A DNA stretch of 63,751 nucleotides, counting the filler, from Dugesia japonica (Eukaryota), in NCBI GenBank assembly GCA_001938525.1. It is 5 parts of 5 records of this genome, joined end to end, with 100 filler letters (N's around TTAATTAATTAA, not from the genome) between each part and the next. Parts side by side here need not be neighbours in the genome. Positions count along the whole stretch, not along the records: positions 1 to 19,084 come from MQRL01629927.1; 4 more parts are not named here. One strand, 5' to 3'. Shown here piece by piece: positions 1 to 12,600 of the stretch (positions are counted from its first letter, which is position 1; the number at the start of each line of letters is the position of its first letter). The position numbers and the translations under genes were made by a program. The notes under the pieces were generated by a model. That model saw only the letters and a list, made by a program, of their open reading frames with translations, was not told the DNA's origin and searched no databases.

Positions 1-739
1 AGAAAAAATCGGAGATCTTGAAAATCTAAGTTAAAAGATCGTTATGAGTCTCAGGAAAAATATACAATGGTTTGAAGGTTGTCCAATAGATTCAAAATCT
101 AAAAATATCAACCAATAAAATAACTCACGTGACGTTCAAGCCAATGGAAACGTCAGAAAAATCATATGACTCCAAATAACCAATGAACAGAATGGGGGTG
201 TGAAGAGAAACCGGTATAAATACCGATGAAAATTTCACAAAAANNNNNNNNTTTTAACCAGACAAATATCGAGTTTGACCGGAAAAAAATTCTAGTATCA
301 CAAAAGGTGATTATTTTTACTCGTTAATTCATGGTGCAACGATTTCCGATTGGATTACTAGGACTTTTTATTACGAAGAACTTCTGGAGTCACTTTTGGA
401 CGAATGGAATGGATGTTATGCTCTTGTGCTTGCTCCAAATTGGTATCCAGATCACGTTAGTGTTGTTATTTTTCATAATTATTAAATTTATGTATAACAA
501 GTAAAGATTTGGGTAATCGAATATATTGTTCACTTGTTCAAATTTTGTGTTCTTGATAACTTTAAAGCTTAAGGTATTGATTTTTATATTAGAGTAGTAA
601 TTAAATGAACTCAGCTAAATAGGCATAAAAAAATATTTATAATTATTTAGGACTCAACTGACTTATAATAAAATTTCAATAAAATCCGTTATAAACTGAA
701 ATCGAATAAATTAATGATTAATAAGTAAGATTTAAATCA

Positions 740-900
740 GGCGAGTATCAAGTGAAACGAACCCGAACCAAAGGGATGCGAGTCTGTACTCGAGCTACGA
801 GTCAACGGCTTCATNCCGAAGATCTGGATTTTTTTGGGGGACACCAGATTAAATTCTTCGAGGGGTTTTATTAGGTCAACTACCCTAGATTTGGTCAACT
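740..900 (+). repeat. Copy of a relatively GC-rich dispersed repeat; inverted copy at 7745-7900 and a short inverted fragment at ~6871-6905
   Basis: gcgagtatca...ccaaagggatgcgagtctgtactcgagctacg...gggacaccagattaaattctt aligns by eye with the reverse complement of 7745-7900. Confidence 0.75.
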
Positions 901-3900
901 CACTTAGATAAAACCCCAACAATAGCAATGAAGAAAATACAGAAATAGTATATTGAAATGGTAAGATTTTATTCGTTTATGTACATTTCTTTTCTTTTAC
1001 CCTTCTTTTAAAGCCTAACCAGAAAACAAGAAGAAAAGGAGCAGAACCACACATCACCGACAATGTTGACCGTTGGATTTATTATGACTTTTATTTTCAT
1101 AAATTATAATATAAATGGAATTACGATTTATTTGATTTCAGGTATACTTTATTTTACTAATATGGTTTCATCTCATCTTTCTTGTTATCGTTGTATCATC
1201 TTTTTCATTTTTCAATTTATGTCATCGTTTTTATTCATTTCATTACTATAATATCCATTTCTTCTANTCTAATGTATTGTCATTTCGTTTTCATTATTTC
1301 GATTTTAATTTCAATTTAATTTTTTTCATCTCATCTTGAATTGCAATTTCATCTTCTTTATCATAGTCTTCATTTCATATCGCGTCTTCGACTTTATTAC
1401 AAGTTTATTTCTTCATTATCAATGCACATTTATTTAGTCTCTTGGTCAGTAATATTCGACATTTGTAATTTTCTTTTAATCATTAATTCACATCTTTTCT
1501 GGTTCTTTATCATTTAACATTCTGTCATTTTCTTTTCATGGCCAATTCACATATCTTATTCATGATCATCTTTTTCTTGACCTTTTCCACATTATCGTCT
1601 CCTTATTTCATATCATTTCATTGTTATGACTGTCCTTTTTCATCAATCCATTTGAAAATCTGATATTTACTCCGTCAATTTACTTTCTCATCAAGTTAAT
1701 TTCTTCTTCAATACTATTGCATCTTCATTTCCCGGTTGGTTCTCATAGCCATTTCATTTTTATTCCGATTGTTTCTTTCATTTCATCTTGAATTGCATTA
1801 CATCTCTTCATTTCATTAGTCTCTCGTCAGAACCTTTATTGCATCGATCATAAGTATCTTCGTCATTGATATTTCATCATTAATTTCTTTTCCGCATATA
1901 TATTTTACTCACTCATGCATCTCTTTGTCATTATTTTCTCATCTCTTATTGTCTTTGCATTTATTTCATCACTCATGCATCTCTTCTTTGTTGGTAATTC
2001 ATCATTTTTATTTCAAACTGGTGGTTCTAATTATAATTACGTTTATTATTGTGTTGACAACTTCCTCCTTCTTTCCTGCTTTTCTTGATCTCTGAATAAC
2101 AATTTAATTTAATCAATAATATTTTCTGAATTTCCTTTTCTTGCTATTTTCAAATATCTTTTAAATATTCAAAATTGCAGTTTTCTTGTTTCATAATAAT
2201 TATTTTAATATCAATATCAANAATGCCAATAATAATATTTTACAATAATAACGATAATAATTATAAAAATAATAATATTAATTATAATATAATATTAATA
2301 CTTCATATACTTTTGATGAATTCCATTCAATATAATCATCATTATTCCTAAATCATTTATTATTCATTTTCAGTAATTTTCTTCAGTAGCGTTCTTTCAC
2401 AACTATTTGTACATAAATTTTATTTATTATTTATTTATTTTGATTCAATATAAACCGTTATTCTTTTCAATAACTTTCTTTAATTCTTTCTTGGCCCAGG
2501 GTCTTAATTTTTACTTCTACCGTTTATTATTTTCTCTTTTCGTCATAACAATTATAATAAATATTGCAACAATAATTCATTTCTTTTGTCACTGTATAAT
2601 TTTATTTTCCTTTAATTTAATTTTTTTTCTTCATCACCAATTATAATTCATTTTCCCAATTATCCGATTATCATTTTCTTTATCAGAATTACTTTTCCAG
2701 TCTTTTATTGTTTCTTTTTCACTCATTAATAACTTCCTTATTAATAATTCGACTTATTATTTTCTTTTAATTATCTTCCTGATTAATATTATTTCATATC
2801 TTTACATTTTCCACTCTTGTTCAATTTAATTTTATTCTCATAATCTCTTTCGTTTTTTATCTAGTTCTAATCACACAATTAAAGTGAAGTTTTTCGTACT
2901 TTTGTTTAAATCATCAGTCGCCTCATTTTCATACTTTATTCCTCTATTCCGGCTGATCCAGCCCGACACAATATTTACAAAAATTAAGCTCAAAATACAA
3001 AAGTTACTAAATAATACTAATTTTAGATCACTAGTTTCTGTTCACGCAAATTTAACACAATCGAACTAAGTTTAAAGCTTAATCTGAAAATGTAAACGTT
3101 TTTTAATTCACCACAAATAAACGTAATGAACATGAAAGGGTTGGGANNNNNNNNNNNNNNNNNNNNNNNNNNNNNNNNNNNNNNNNNNNNNNNNNNNNNN
3201 NNNNNNNNNNNNNNNNNNNNNNNNNNNNNNNNNNNNNNNNNNNNNNNNNNNNNNNNNNNNNNNNNNNNNNNNNNNNNNNNNNNNNNNNNNNNNNNNNNNN
3301 NNNNNNNNNNNNNNNNNNNNNNNNNNNNNNNNNNNNNNNNNNNNNNNNNNNNNNNNNNNNNNGAAGAAAAATTCGGTACACAAATACAGAAGCGATTGAA
3401 AAATACAATGAAGACATAAAATATGCAAAGTTAATAAATTGGCTGGAATTATTCAGAATACCTAGCATGGCTGACAAATGGGACATCAAATGCACACACC
3501 AAACCAACCGTAGAATAATCCCAAAAAAACGCCCATTAAGTTTTATAACCAGCAAATGGATCTAGAAGAAATTGAAGACGCCATTAAGAATTTATGATCG
3601 CAGCATTATCCAGAAGTGTAGCTTTACGTCGAACACACCATTAATCTTTGCGATAGACGATATATGATTAGATTTTGGACAGCTCAATGCAAACAGCTAG
3701 AGGCAAATTTAACCAACGTAAATGCTAAATGCTTTGGACAGTAAACAATATTTTATCTTTGTCATAAAAATTCTAGCTTTCCATTAATTTCAATTTAATC
3801 CTTCTATATTTAGCTGTTATTAATTAATTCCATTAAAATTTTTTTTTGTGACTAATCCTTTAATAATTCTATTGTTTGACTATCTTTATATTTTATTAAA

Positions 3901-4010
3901 TAAATTTATCGATTTATTTCACAGGTTTTATAAAGTTAATTGGTTCTTAACATTTAAAATTCTCATTAATTTACATTATAGTAAAACAAAAACCAACACA
4001 TTATAAAATT

Positions 4011-4625
4011 TTAAAAGCAATTTTGATTAGAATAATCTACAAAGAACTTATTACAAACAACTTTTTCTTTTAAAACTCTTAAATTATAAGCTTTAATTAA
4101 AAAAGGTTTAATAATGTCGGCCAATTCTTCTCTACTAAGATGAACATCATATATAAAATCTATGAAACTACCAACAAATGTTAAACAATCTCTTATATTA
4201 TCTTCATAATTTTTCGGATCCCAGATTTCGGTTTGAATATTCAAATAACAATTTTCAAACCAAGTTTTGTCATTAATATTCTTTTGAAAGTACTTGTTTA
4301 AATAATTTAGATCGAGTATTATGCATTCATTCCATGCATTAAATGCTACGCCATATTTACTGAAATCCAATACGTTTTTGTTGATAATAATTCCACAATG
4401 AACTATGGATGAAAGAGAATAGTCTTCAAAATTCTTGCTGTGTTTTATTGCAATTCCACAATTAAAAGAACATGCATCCTTGAATAAATTTATTTGGAAA
4501 GGTGGTATAATACAACAATGAATTGATTTTTTACAAATTGGACATAAATTATATAATGAAAAATGAGTAGCTGTAGTAAATATATTAAAATTGGCATTGC
4601 AGTGTTTAAAGCAAATTAATTCCAT
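4011..4625 (-). CDS. MKRN2OS: MKRN2 opposite strand protein-like (DUF4796), intronless, 204 aa
   Basis: Uninterrupted ORF with ATG at 4625. Motif order LICFKHC...CPIC...PFQINLF...DYSLSSIVHCGI...WNECI...WDPKNYEDNIRDCLTF matches my recollection of MKRN2OS (LIKFNHC, CPLC, LHVGI, WEESI, YEDNHHNCYSY). Confidence 0.85.
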   Translation of the reverse strand: MELICFKHCNANFNIFTTATHFSLYNLCPICKKSIHCCIIPPFQINLFKDACSFNCGIAIKHSKNFEDYSLSSIVHCGIIINKNVLDFSKYGVAFNAWNECIILDLNYLNKYFQKNINDKTWFENCYLNIQTEIWDPKNYEDNIRDCLTFVGSFIDFIYDVHLSREELADIIKPFLIKAYNLRVLKEKVVCNKFFVDYSNQNCF

Positions 4626-6485
4626 TTTCAACTTCAATCTGTCTAAAATTTAGACTCTAAATAATACTAAAAAATTCAAACAAAAAATCAATTAATATTT
4701 ATAATAGAAAATTACTCAATTTTACTTACGCACAAAACATTGTATTTAATATACGAAATAGCAGTATAATGTTTATTCAATTAATAAGATTTATTACGTA
4801 TTAAATGATTCATTTATATTATATATAATTTATACTATCATATTACTATCATATTTATCATATTACACCTAGTAACAGTTAATTATAAACTTTCATTATT
4901 TAAAAATGAGGCCAAATCTTAAGAATTATTAAAACAATGAAATAATAAAAATATTGTAAATAATATAAATGAAAAGAATTACAGCAAAAAAATAAGATAT
5001 ACGAAATTATTTATAAATTATTTTGGTCAATCATATAAAAAACAAAATAAGTCTTACAATTACAATTATTGTGAATAATTGAAGGACTTGGTCGCATTTT
5101 TAAACTTTCAATAAATTAAAAAGCTTAGATCAAAATGTTGATCGAAGCTTTTCTATTTATTGATATTATAAAATAAGTCACTTAATTGAATAGAAAAAGA
5201 CAGTTTATTTCTTAATATGTAATTTTTTGTTAAATTAGAGTAATAACTTTTATTACTTTGATGCAAAATTAACCTCCGATTCTAGACTTCAAAGGATATT
5301 TTTGATTAGTAACAAGTAAATCAAACAAAAGCAAGCCAAAAAGTTGAACTTTTTCACAAAAAAAATTTGTTTTGATTGAAGCTTTTTCTCACAATAATTG
5401 TAATTATAAAAAATAAGCAAATCATTATTTTTGTATATTTACTCGAAAAAATGGAATTTNGCATATATTCCAGTTTTGAAAAATATCAATTTGNGTCATA
5501 AATTATTTCAANTAATAGATTCACATAGATTTGACATCTCTGAGTCTTGATGAGTGTTGCATTACCATTCATCTTCTTCAGAGGATCTTTCAGTATCCTA
5601 CTTTGACATTTGGCTGGACATTCTATAATACAATAATACCACAATTTCGTGTAAATTGTGAATTGTCAAACTATTTCAATGTTTATCAGAACAACAGGAC
5701 TCGTATTGGCGATGTCAATGATTACGATAACACCACTCGGGAAATAATTTTAACAATATCTAGAACAATAGTATTAGAATCATTGTGTTAGATCTGGTGG
5801 GGAAGAAATAACAATTAATTATTTAATTAATCTGACTCTAAGTAAATATAAAATTATATGCGGGTATTATATAAATATGATAATAATAATAAATAACTAA
5901 AAGAACACTTTATTTTTAAACTTTATTAAATCAAACCAAAATATATAACAAAATTTAAAAAAAATTATAATTAACAATAAAACCGATTAATTTTTGGGAT
6001 TTAGCAATTTACTGCTCTATTTAGATTTTATAGAAAGATAACCGGTACTACGATACCGTCCTGAAAAGTTCTGAATGGTGGGCCTAATGTTCCTCACCAC
6101 ACGTGTTANATCAAGATGTGTAATTTTAGTTTTATTTTTTAACAGATCACAGATAATATATCAGTGTTTGTACCACTGTATTATTATCTGACAAAGTCCA
6201 AATATTTAAAAGTAACAAATAATCTACAAAATTTACCTTAACTGCTAATAATTAGCTCCTTTAATTTTCAATGCTATTTAGCTGAACTGCTAGTTTAGCA
6301 CAAGTTTTTTTTGTGAAATTACCCCTGATTTTCAATCAGTATTTATACCGAAAATCTTGTTTAGAAAATTTTCTGATTAAATTAACCTTCACCTGAATTG
6401 GTAATTTTAAATTACTAAATTGGTAATATTAAATTACTAACAATAAAATTTTAAATAAACAAAAATAACGAATACCTGAATTGAT

Positions 6486-6600
6486 AATATTAAATTACTA
6501 AAAATAACTAAAATAATTGTTTTCGATAAAAGTAAATCATTTAATATTAAATTACTAAAAATAACTAAAATAATTGTTTTCGATAAAAGTAAATCATTTA
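6486..6600. repeat. Tandem duplication of a ~57-bp AT-rich unit
   Basis: aatattaaattactaaaaataactaaaataattgttttcgataaaagtaaatcattt occurs twice consecutively. Confidence 0.85.
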
Positions 6601-7744
6601 ATAACCTTGATAAATAGTAAATTAAAACAAAAAGAAATTTAATAAATTAAATGAAAAATATTTTATTTTGAATATATTTATAAATTAATGTAAGCTTAGC
6701 TTACAACCTTAACAATTGGATAAAATTCATTAATTTTATGTAAAGTTGTTTTAATAATTTAAGGTCAACAAAATTATTCAATACTTTCATTTTTATAATT
6801 ATTATAAATAGTAATTTAAATAAATTTAGAAGTTTTAACAAATAATTTATTTATTTAGTTGGAATACGTTCGAGTGCAGACTCGTAATAGTTTGGTTTGG
6901 GTTCAATATCGTTCCCTTTATTCTTTTATCTTATTAAACGAATAACGACTCTGTGGGTCTGAAAATTTATTTACAAAAGCATTGATTTATTGGCGCTAGA
7001 TAGGCAGTAGTTTATTGTCGAGATTGAATAGACCGACATCATCTGCTTTATTCCAAGGCTTGGAGTTTAGCTGGTTTTGACCTTGTGAAGAAGGCAGTTT
7101 ATAGTTAAATTAGCTATTAATAACTGGTGTTTGTTAATAACGGGTTCTAATTGATGTATAAATTGATTTTTTTCGCTGTATGTTGTGTAGTAACATATTT
7201 TCTCGCCACTTATAATAATGGCACTTTAATTGTAGACCTGGTAATAGACGATGACTTCTAATTATCGTTGTTGGAAGTTGAAAAGTACACACTAAAAAAA
7301 TAATGATCAATAATTCATCTCATAAGTGTACAAGCTAAACAAATTGAGATAAGATTAAAATCTTTCAAAATATAGTTTAATAATACAAATCAAAGCTGAG
7401 CTTGAGTGCCAAGATCAATCATAACAGATTCAAAGGGTACTTGGAATCGTAATTTAAACACAAGACGGTCTTCGCTATCGTGCGATTGTTTTAACAATTC
7501 GGTGAAAATCTCAAGCTGGCTTTTCCAAATAAATAGTTATTTAACTATTTTTCTAATTCTTCTTCGTCATCAAATTCGATTCTTTGCAAATTCTTTTAGA
7601 GGCATCGAAAAAGAAAAATCGGGCACTGCCAAATCAGATGAATACAGTGGATGATTCAAGAACTTCCAATTAAAATCCTCCGAAATTTTCTTTGTTAGTG
7701 TAGTACAGTTGTGGGTTTCAATATATGTGGGTTAAAATAAGATT

Positions 7745-7900
7745 GTGTCCAGGATGTCTTAGTCTGGCTAAACCCCCCAAAGAATTTGATCTAGTGTCCC
7801 AAAATTAGATTTTCGAAATGGAGCCATTGACTCGCAACCCGTAGTTTGAGTACATGCTCGCATTCCTTTGGTTTGGGCTCAATTTTTATGATACTCGCTT
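7745..7900 (-). repeat. Inverted copy of the 740-900 repeat
   Basis: Reverse-complement similarity seen by eye. Confidence 0.75.
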
Positions 7901-8152
7901 TTCTTCGTGAAACACACTTACCCCTTATTGTCAATGATGACAACGATAGCGTTTTGAATCATATCATTATATCTGACCGTTATAACTCTCAGAGTTATCA
8001 TTTGGGCAGGTTAACAAAGAGGTATTACAGAAGTTATGGTTGTTATTGTTAACAGAGATTTAATATTGAGGATTATGGAAGAGTGAGTTTATTATTATCA
8101 TACTAACGTTTTGGTTTTATACCTAGAAATCATCATTGTGTCATATGGTAAT

Positions 8153-8347
8153 AGTAACAATAAGATAATATTGTTGTTTAAATATCAGTAATTGTTTTTA
8201 TAATAAATTTTTGAAAAACATATTATTATTTAATGTGTCAATTTGTAACTGGCGAACACCCCAAAATCACAGTTCTCCCAAAGAGTCAGTAGTGGATGAA
8301 AATTGTAGAATCATTGCCAAAGAACGTTCAAGAAACAATTTGTCCGA
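8153..8347 (+). mobile_element. Gypsy family A LTR (8153-8250) with PBS and gag start, truncated
   Basis: AGTAACA...TGTAACT is near-identical to 9614-9714, followed by TGGCGAACAC and MKIVESLPKNVQETICP. Preceded by GTAAT (8148-8152). Confidence 0.9.
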
Positions 8348-8411
8348 GTGTAGTTCCAATGTGTAGAGTCTTACATCCGCCTTCTAACATATATATTCTT
8401 ATCCACATGTA

Positions 8412-9072
8412 TCAATTATTATCGATTGTAACTCTATCTGTTACTAAAAGTTTCCACACGGCCACTTTCTCTTTATCTCCAGTGAAAATCCATTTCTTAC
8501 TCGTGTCATAAGTAATTTTTTGATCTAAGTGGTCCATTATCATGCCTCTGATAAAATATTCACCAATTCCACTTACATCTACGTTTTCAGATACCGCAAT
8601 TCTATGACATTGATTATCATTATAAATCTCATGAGTTTCTGCTTTTCCGAATCCCGTAATACAACTCATTAACACGATCGGTGTTAGTTTTTTATGGACT
8701 CGGGTAGAATTGTTTTTGAAATAAAGGGAATCTTAACATTCTGTATTATTATTCCATCATTTGCTGAATTCACCATTATTTCGTATTTCTTCATGCTTCT
8801 TAATCCAATATATAGATGTGGAAATATATTTGGCATAATATCAAACACGTGTGCTGTCATTACAGGTTCAATTGACATATTTAATTGTATCTTCCCCAAA
8901 CATACTTCTGTTGTACCATTTGTGTTCGTTACTTTTGTCAAAGATTGAAAAATTCTTACAGCACGGTTCTTTTTACAGATACGCTTGGCTAATTCCTGGC
9001 TTATAACATTCAAATCAGCGCCTGTGTCAATCATAGTTTTTTCTGGTATCCCTCCAACTTGACATTCAACAA
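8412..9072 (-). pseudogene. Retropepsin (aspartic protease) fragment of a different LTR retrotransposon
   Basis: MIDTGADLNVIS active-site motif and YIGLRSM C-terminal flap-like motif. Confidence 0.8.
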
Positions 9073-9613
9073 TTGGTTTATTTCTTGGTTTTTCTGGCCT
9101 TTACACTGATATTAGTGTTTGTTCATATTTTTAAAATTAAAGAAATATCTAATAAATTAAAAGATCGTGGAATAGAAGTTACACCAGATCTTTCAACAAC
9201 AAAATGTAATTTAACAACAAAACATACAATTAAATTTGCCGATAAATCTTTTTTTATACAATCTTGGGTTTTTTACCTTAAGAATATTTACCAGGAAAGT
9301 ATTATTCTGAAAATAAGATTGATATTTAAAATATTAATATGATAAATATAACTTGTAATTTAGTAATTGAGTTTTATTTACTTGTTTAGTATATGGATTT
9401 TTATTATTATTATTATTATGGTTAAAAACTTGTCTCTCGCCACATACATTTGAAAATCCACCTCTAATTCCTTTTTCTATTTTTAAGATAATATCATAAG
9501 TTTCTTTTTTTGCATATTTTAATTTTACATATATTCAAATAAATTATCGTGTTGGGTTATTTCTTGTAAAAATTCATTACAATCTTATTTATTTATTTTT
9601 TGTTGTTTAAGAT

Positions 9614-12600
9614 AGTAACAATAAGATAATATTGTTTAAATATTCAGTAATTGTTTTATAATAAATATTTGAAAAGCTTATTATTATTTAATGTGTCAAC
9701 ATGGTATTGTAACTGGCAAACACGCTGAAATCACAGCTCTCACAAAGAGTCAGCAGCGGATGAAAATTGTAGAATCGTTGACAAAGAATGTTCAAGAAAC
9801 AATTTGTCCAATAATAAAAAAGTTTTTTGGCTACAAGGAAGAAGATNNNNNAGAGTGGCTACAATCAATTGAAGATTTTGTAACCATAAATTCTTTAAAT
9901 TTATCTGCAGCATTCGATTTATTGCTGCACGGTGACGCGAAGGAATTATGGATAGCCTTTGAAGAAAAAATTAAGATTCCGTCAGATGAAGATACAAGAA
10001 ATTGGTATAGTTCAAAGTACATCAAGTCGAAAAATGTTTTGCAAAAGATCGACGATTTGAGCCAGGTTAATCAAAGATCAAATGATAGGTATGAGAATTT
10101 TGCTATTAGAGTGCGAAAGTTGGTAAGAGAAGTTTTGTTGGTGAAGCAAACAGAAGATATGATCGTGAAGGATATAGTTTCAAAACAAATGTGCTCCGGG
10201 AAAGTAAAGGAGTCAATCGCAATGAACCCAGATATGTCCTTGGAAGAAATTGAGAAATTGACGATAAATTTCAAAAATTCAATGAGTATTGAAGAAATGT
10301 CAGAAGTTATTGTAATTGAAGATAGCAAAAGAGATCATAGGCCGATGTATGCAGCAGTAACAGGTATAAAAAAGGCCAAATAGACACTATATACCACAGG
10401 TAATCAAACCATTGGTAAATAATCAAGGGAGACAGTATTCCAACTCAATTAGAGGACTGCAGGTTTCAGAGAGAAAATAACATGTGGATAAGTCGAACGA
10501 ATTTGATGTCCCAAAGCCGTATGGTTTCCATGAAGCATATAGCAAGAAGAGTGTAAAACAGAGCAAAAGGGTTACCTGAGCCCGAATTACGGCGACTTCA
10601 ACCAGGGGAATGTTATTGTTGTGGCGATCCCGGTCATGTCAGAAATAACTGTCTATTGAATAAGTGTTTTTTGATATGTGGTAAGGACAANNNNNNNNNN
10701 NNNNNNNNNNNNNNNNNNNNNAATAACACAAGAAAGGTTCAGTGTATTCACGAAGAAAATAATTCAGACGATCTAGCATATAGTTATGACGATATGAAAC
10801 ATTATGAAAGCAGAGATTTCGAAGAGAAAGAGATTGGAGCTATTATATATGATCAAAACACAAATAGACAAGATCATAATTTAAACGACAGACGCTCCAT
10901 GGCATATATTTCGTTTGTGGAGTCGTTGAATTAAATGCTGCAATGCAGGAAATCGAACAGCTATGATGTTCAAGAAAGCAGATGGTAGATGGTGGAGTTT
11001 GGTTGAATGTTGTGGAAAGATGATAGAAATGTTATGGAATGCGGGCGCAACAGTAACGGTGATGTCAGAAGATAAGTAGAGAATGTGCGGAAATCCTATC
11101 TTATGGCAATCAGACATATATCTTAGAGGAGCGTTCGGTGCTAAAGCAATAACATGTTTAAGAGAGTTTAAATCTTTGGCTAGTTGGAATGGAAGGATTA
11201 AGAATATCCAGATTACGGTAGTCAAAGACATAAATCCAAGTTTTGTTGGTGGTATGAATATTATTTCAGCTTTTGGATTGAAGCTTTTATCAGGAGTTGC
11301 AATGAACTTGATAGATTCGGAAGTCTTAGGTTTCACGTATCTGAATGAAGAAAGAAGACAAAGGGCTTTAAATATTTTTAGATCCAATAATTTGTCAAAG
11401 TGCACAGAATTAGTATTGAAATATGGTACTATTTTTATGGCATCGGAGTTCGATTTAGGATTTACAAATCTGGTAACACATTGTATAAAAACCTTAGAGA
11501 CTCCAATAAGTCAAAATCCAAGACGAATGGCGATGCAAATGAAATCTAAAGTGGATGATATTATCTCGAAGTTGTTGAAAATGGGTATAATTAGGAAATG
11601 TCATAGTACATGAAACTCGCCACTCGTAGTTGTGGGAAATAGAATGGAACGATTAGGATGTGTCAGTACTATAGGAAGATTAATGAGGTTACAGAGAAAT
11701 TTAGTTTCCCCATGGCAAATCAGCAAACCATATTCGATACGTTGGCAGGAGCTTCCATTTTTTCGTCATTAGATTTAGGTCAAGCTTATTATCAAGTATG
11801 CTTGGATGAATCCTCACAATTAAAAACAGCATTTTCGACAAAAAGGGCCAGTTTTGCTATAACCGAATGCCGTCCGGGTTTTCAACAGCCCCAGCGACTT
11901 TTCAAAGTCTCATGCATGTATTATTCGAGGATATCTTTTATAACGAAGTCGCGGCGTATTTAGACGATGTCTTGGTTTACGGGACAACAGTACTAGAATA
12001 CGATAGAAACCTAGAGGAGGTTTTTAAACGAAAACAAAAAGCTGGAGTAAGACTCAATCCAAAGAAGTGTAGTCTGTATAGAACTGAACTTAGGTTTTTA
12101 GGTCATAAAATATCAAAAGAGAAAATAAGTACTAATAATGGTATTAAGTAATGATTAAGAAAATTGCTGAAGCGGAAATTCCAAAGTGCACCAAAAAATT
12201 ACGGTCATTTCTTGGCTTGGCAAATTACTACCGTAAATTTGTTTTTAACTTTGCTCAAATTGCCAAACCATTATATGAGGCTACAAAGGGTCATATGAAA
12301 GACAAACAGTGAAATGAAAAGTGTCAAGAAAGTTTCCAGAAACTTTATTATTCTTTATCAAATACTTCAGTATTGGCATTCCCAAACAAATATGATTATT
12401 TTATCTTAGACACAGATGCATGNNNNNNNNNNNNNNNNNNNNNNNNNNNNNNNNNNNNNNNNNNNNNNNNNNNNNNNNNNNNNNNNATGGATCGAGGCTT
12501 TTAAGTGCTCATGAGAAAGGTTATTGTGTTACACGGAAGGAGTTACTGGCTATATATGAGCATGTGCTTTACTTCAAGCACTGCTTATACGGTAAGAAAT

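Noticed and set aside
5531-5791. 86-aa ORF, and ORF-like pieces at 52877-53600 and 63151-63689
   Set aside because: No recognisable motif and no support for gene structure; they could be exons but cannot be supported from sequence alone.
10881-11405. Long antisense ORFs over TE coding regions (also 43470-43904, 56523-56909)
   Set aside because: Shadow frames of gag-pol or non-LTR ORFs.
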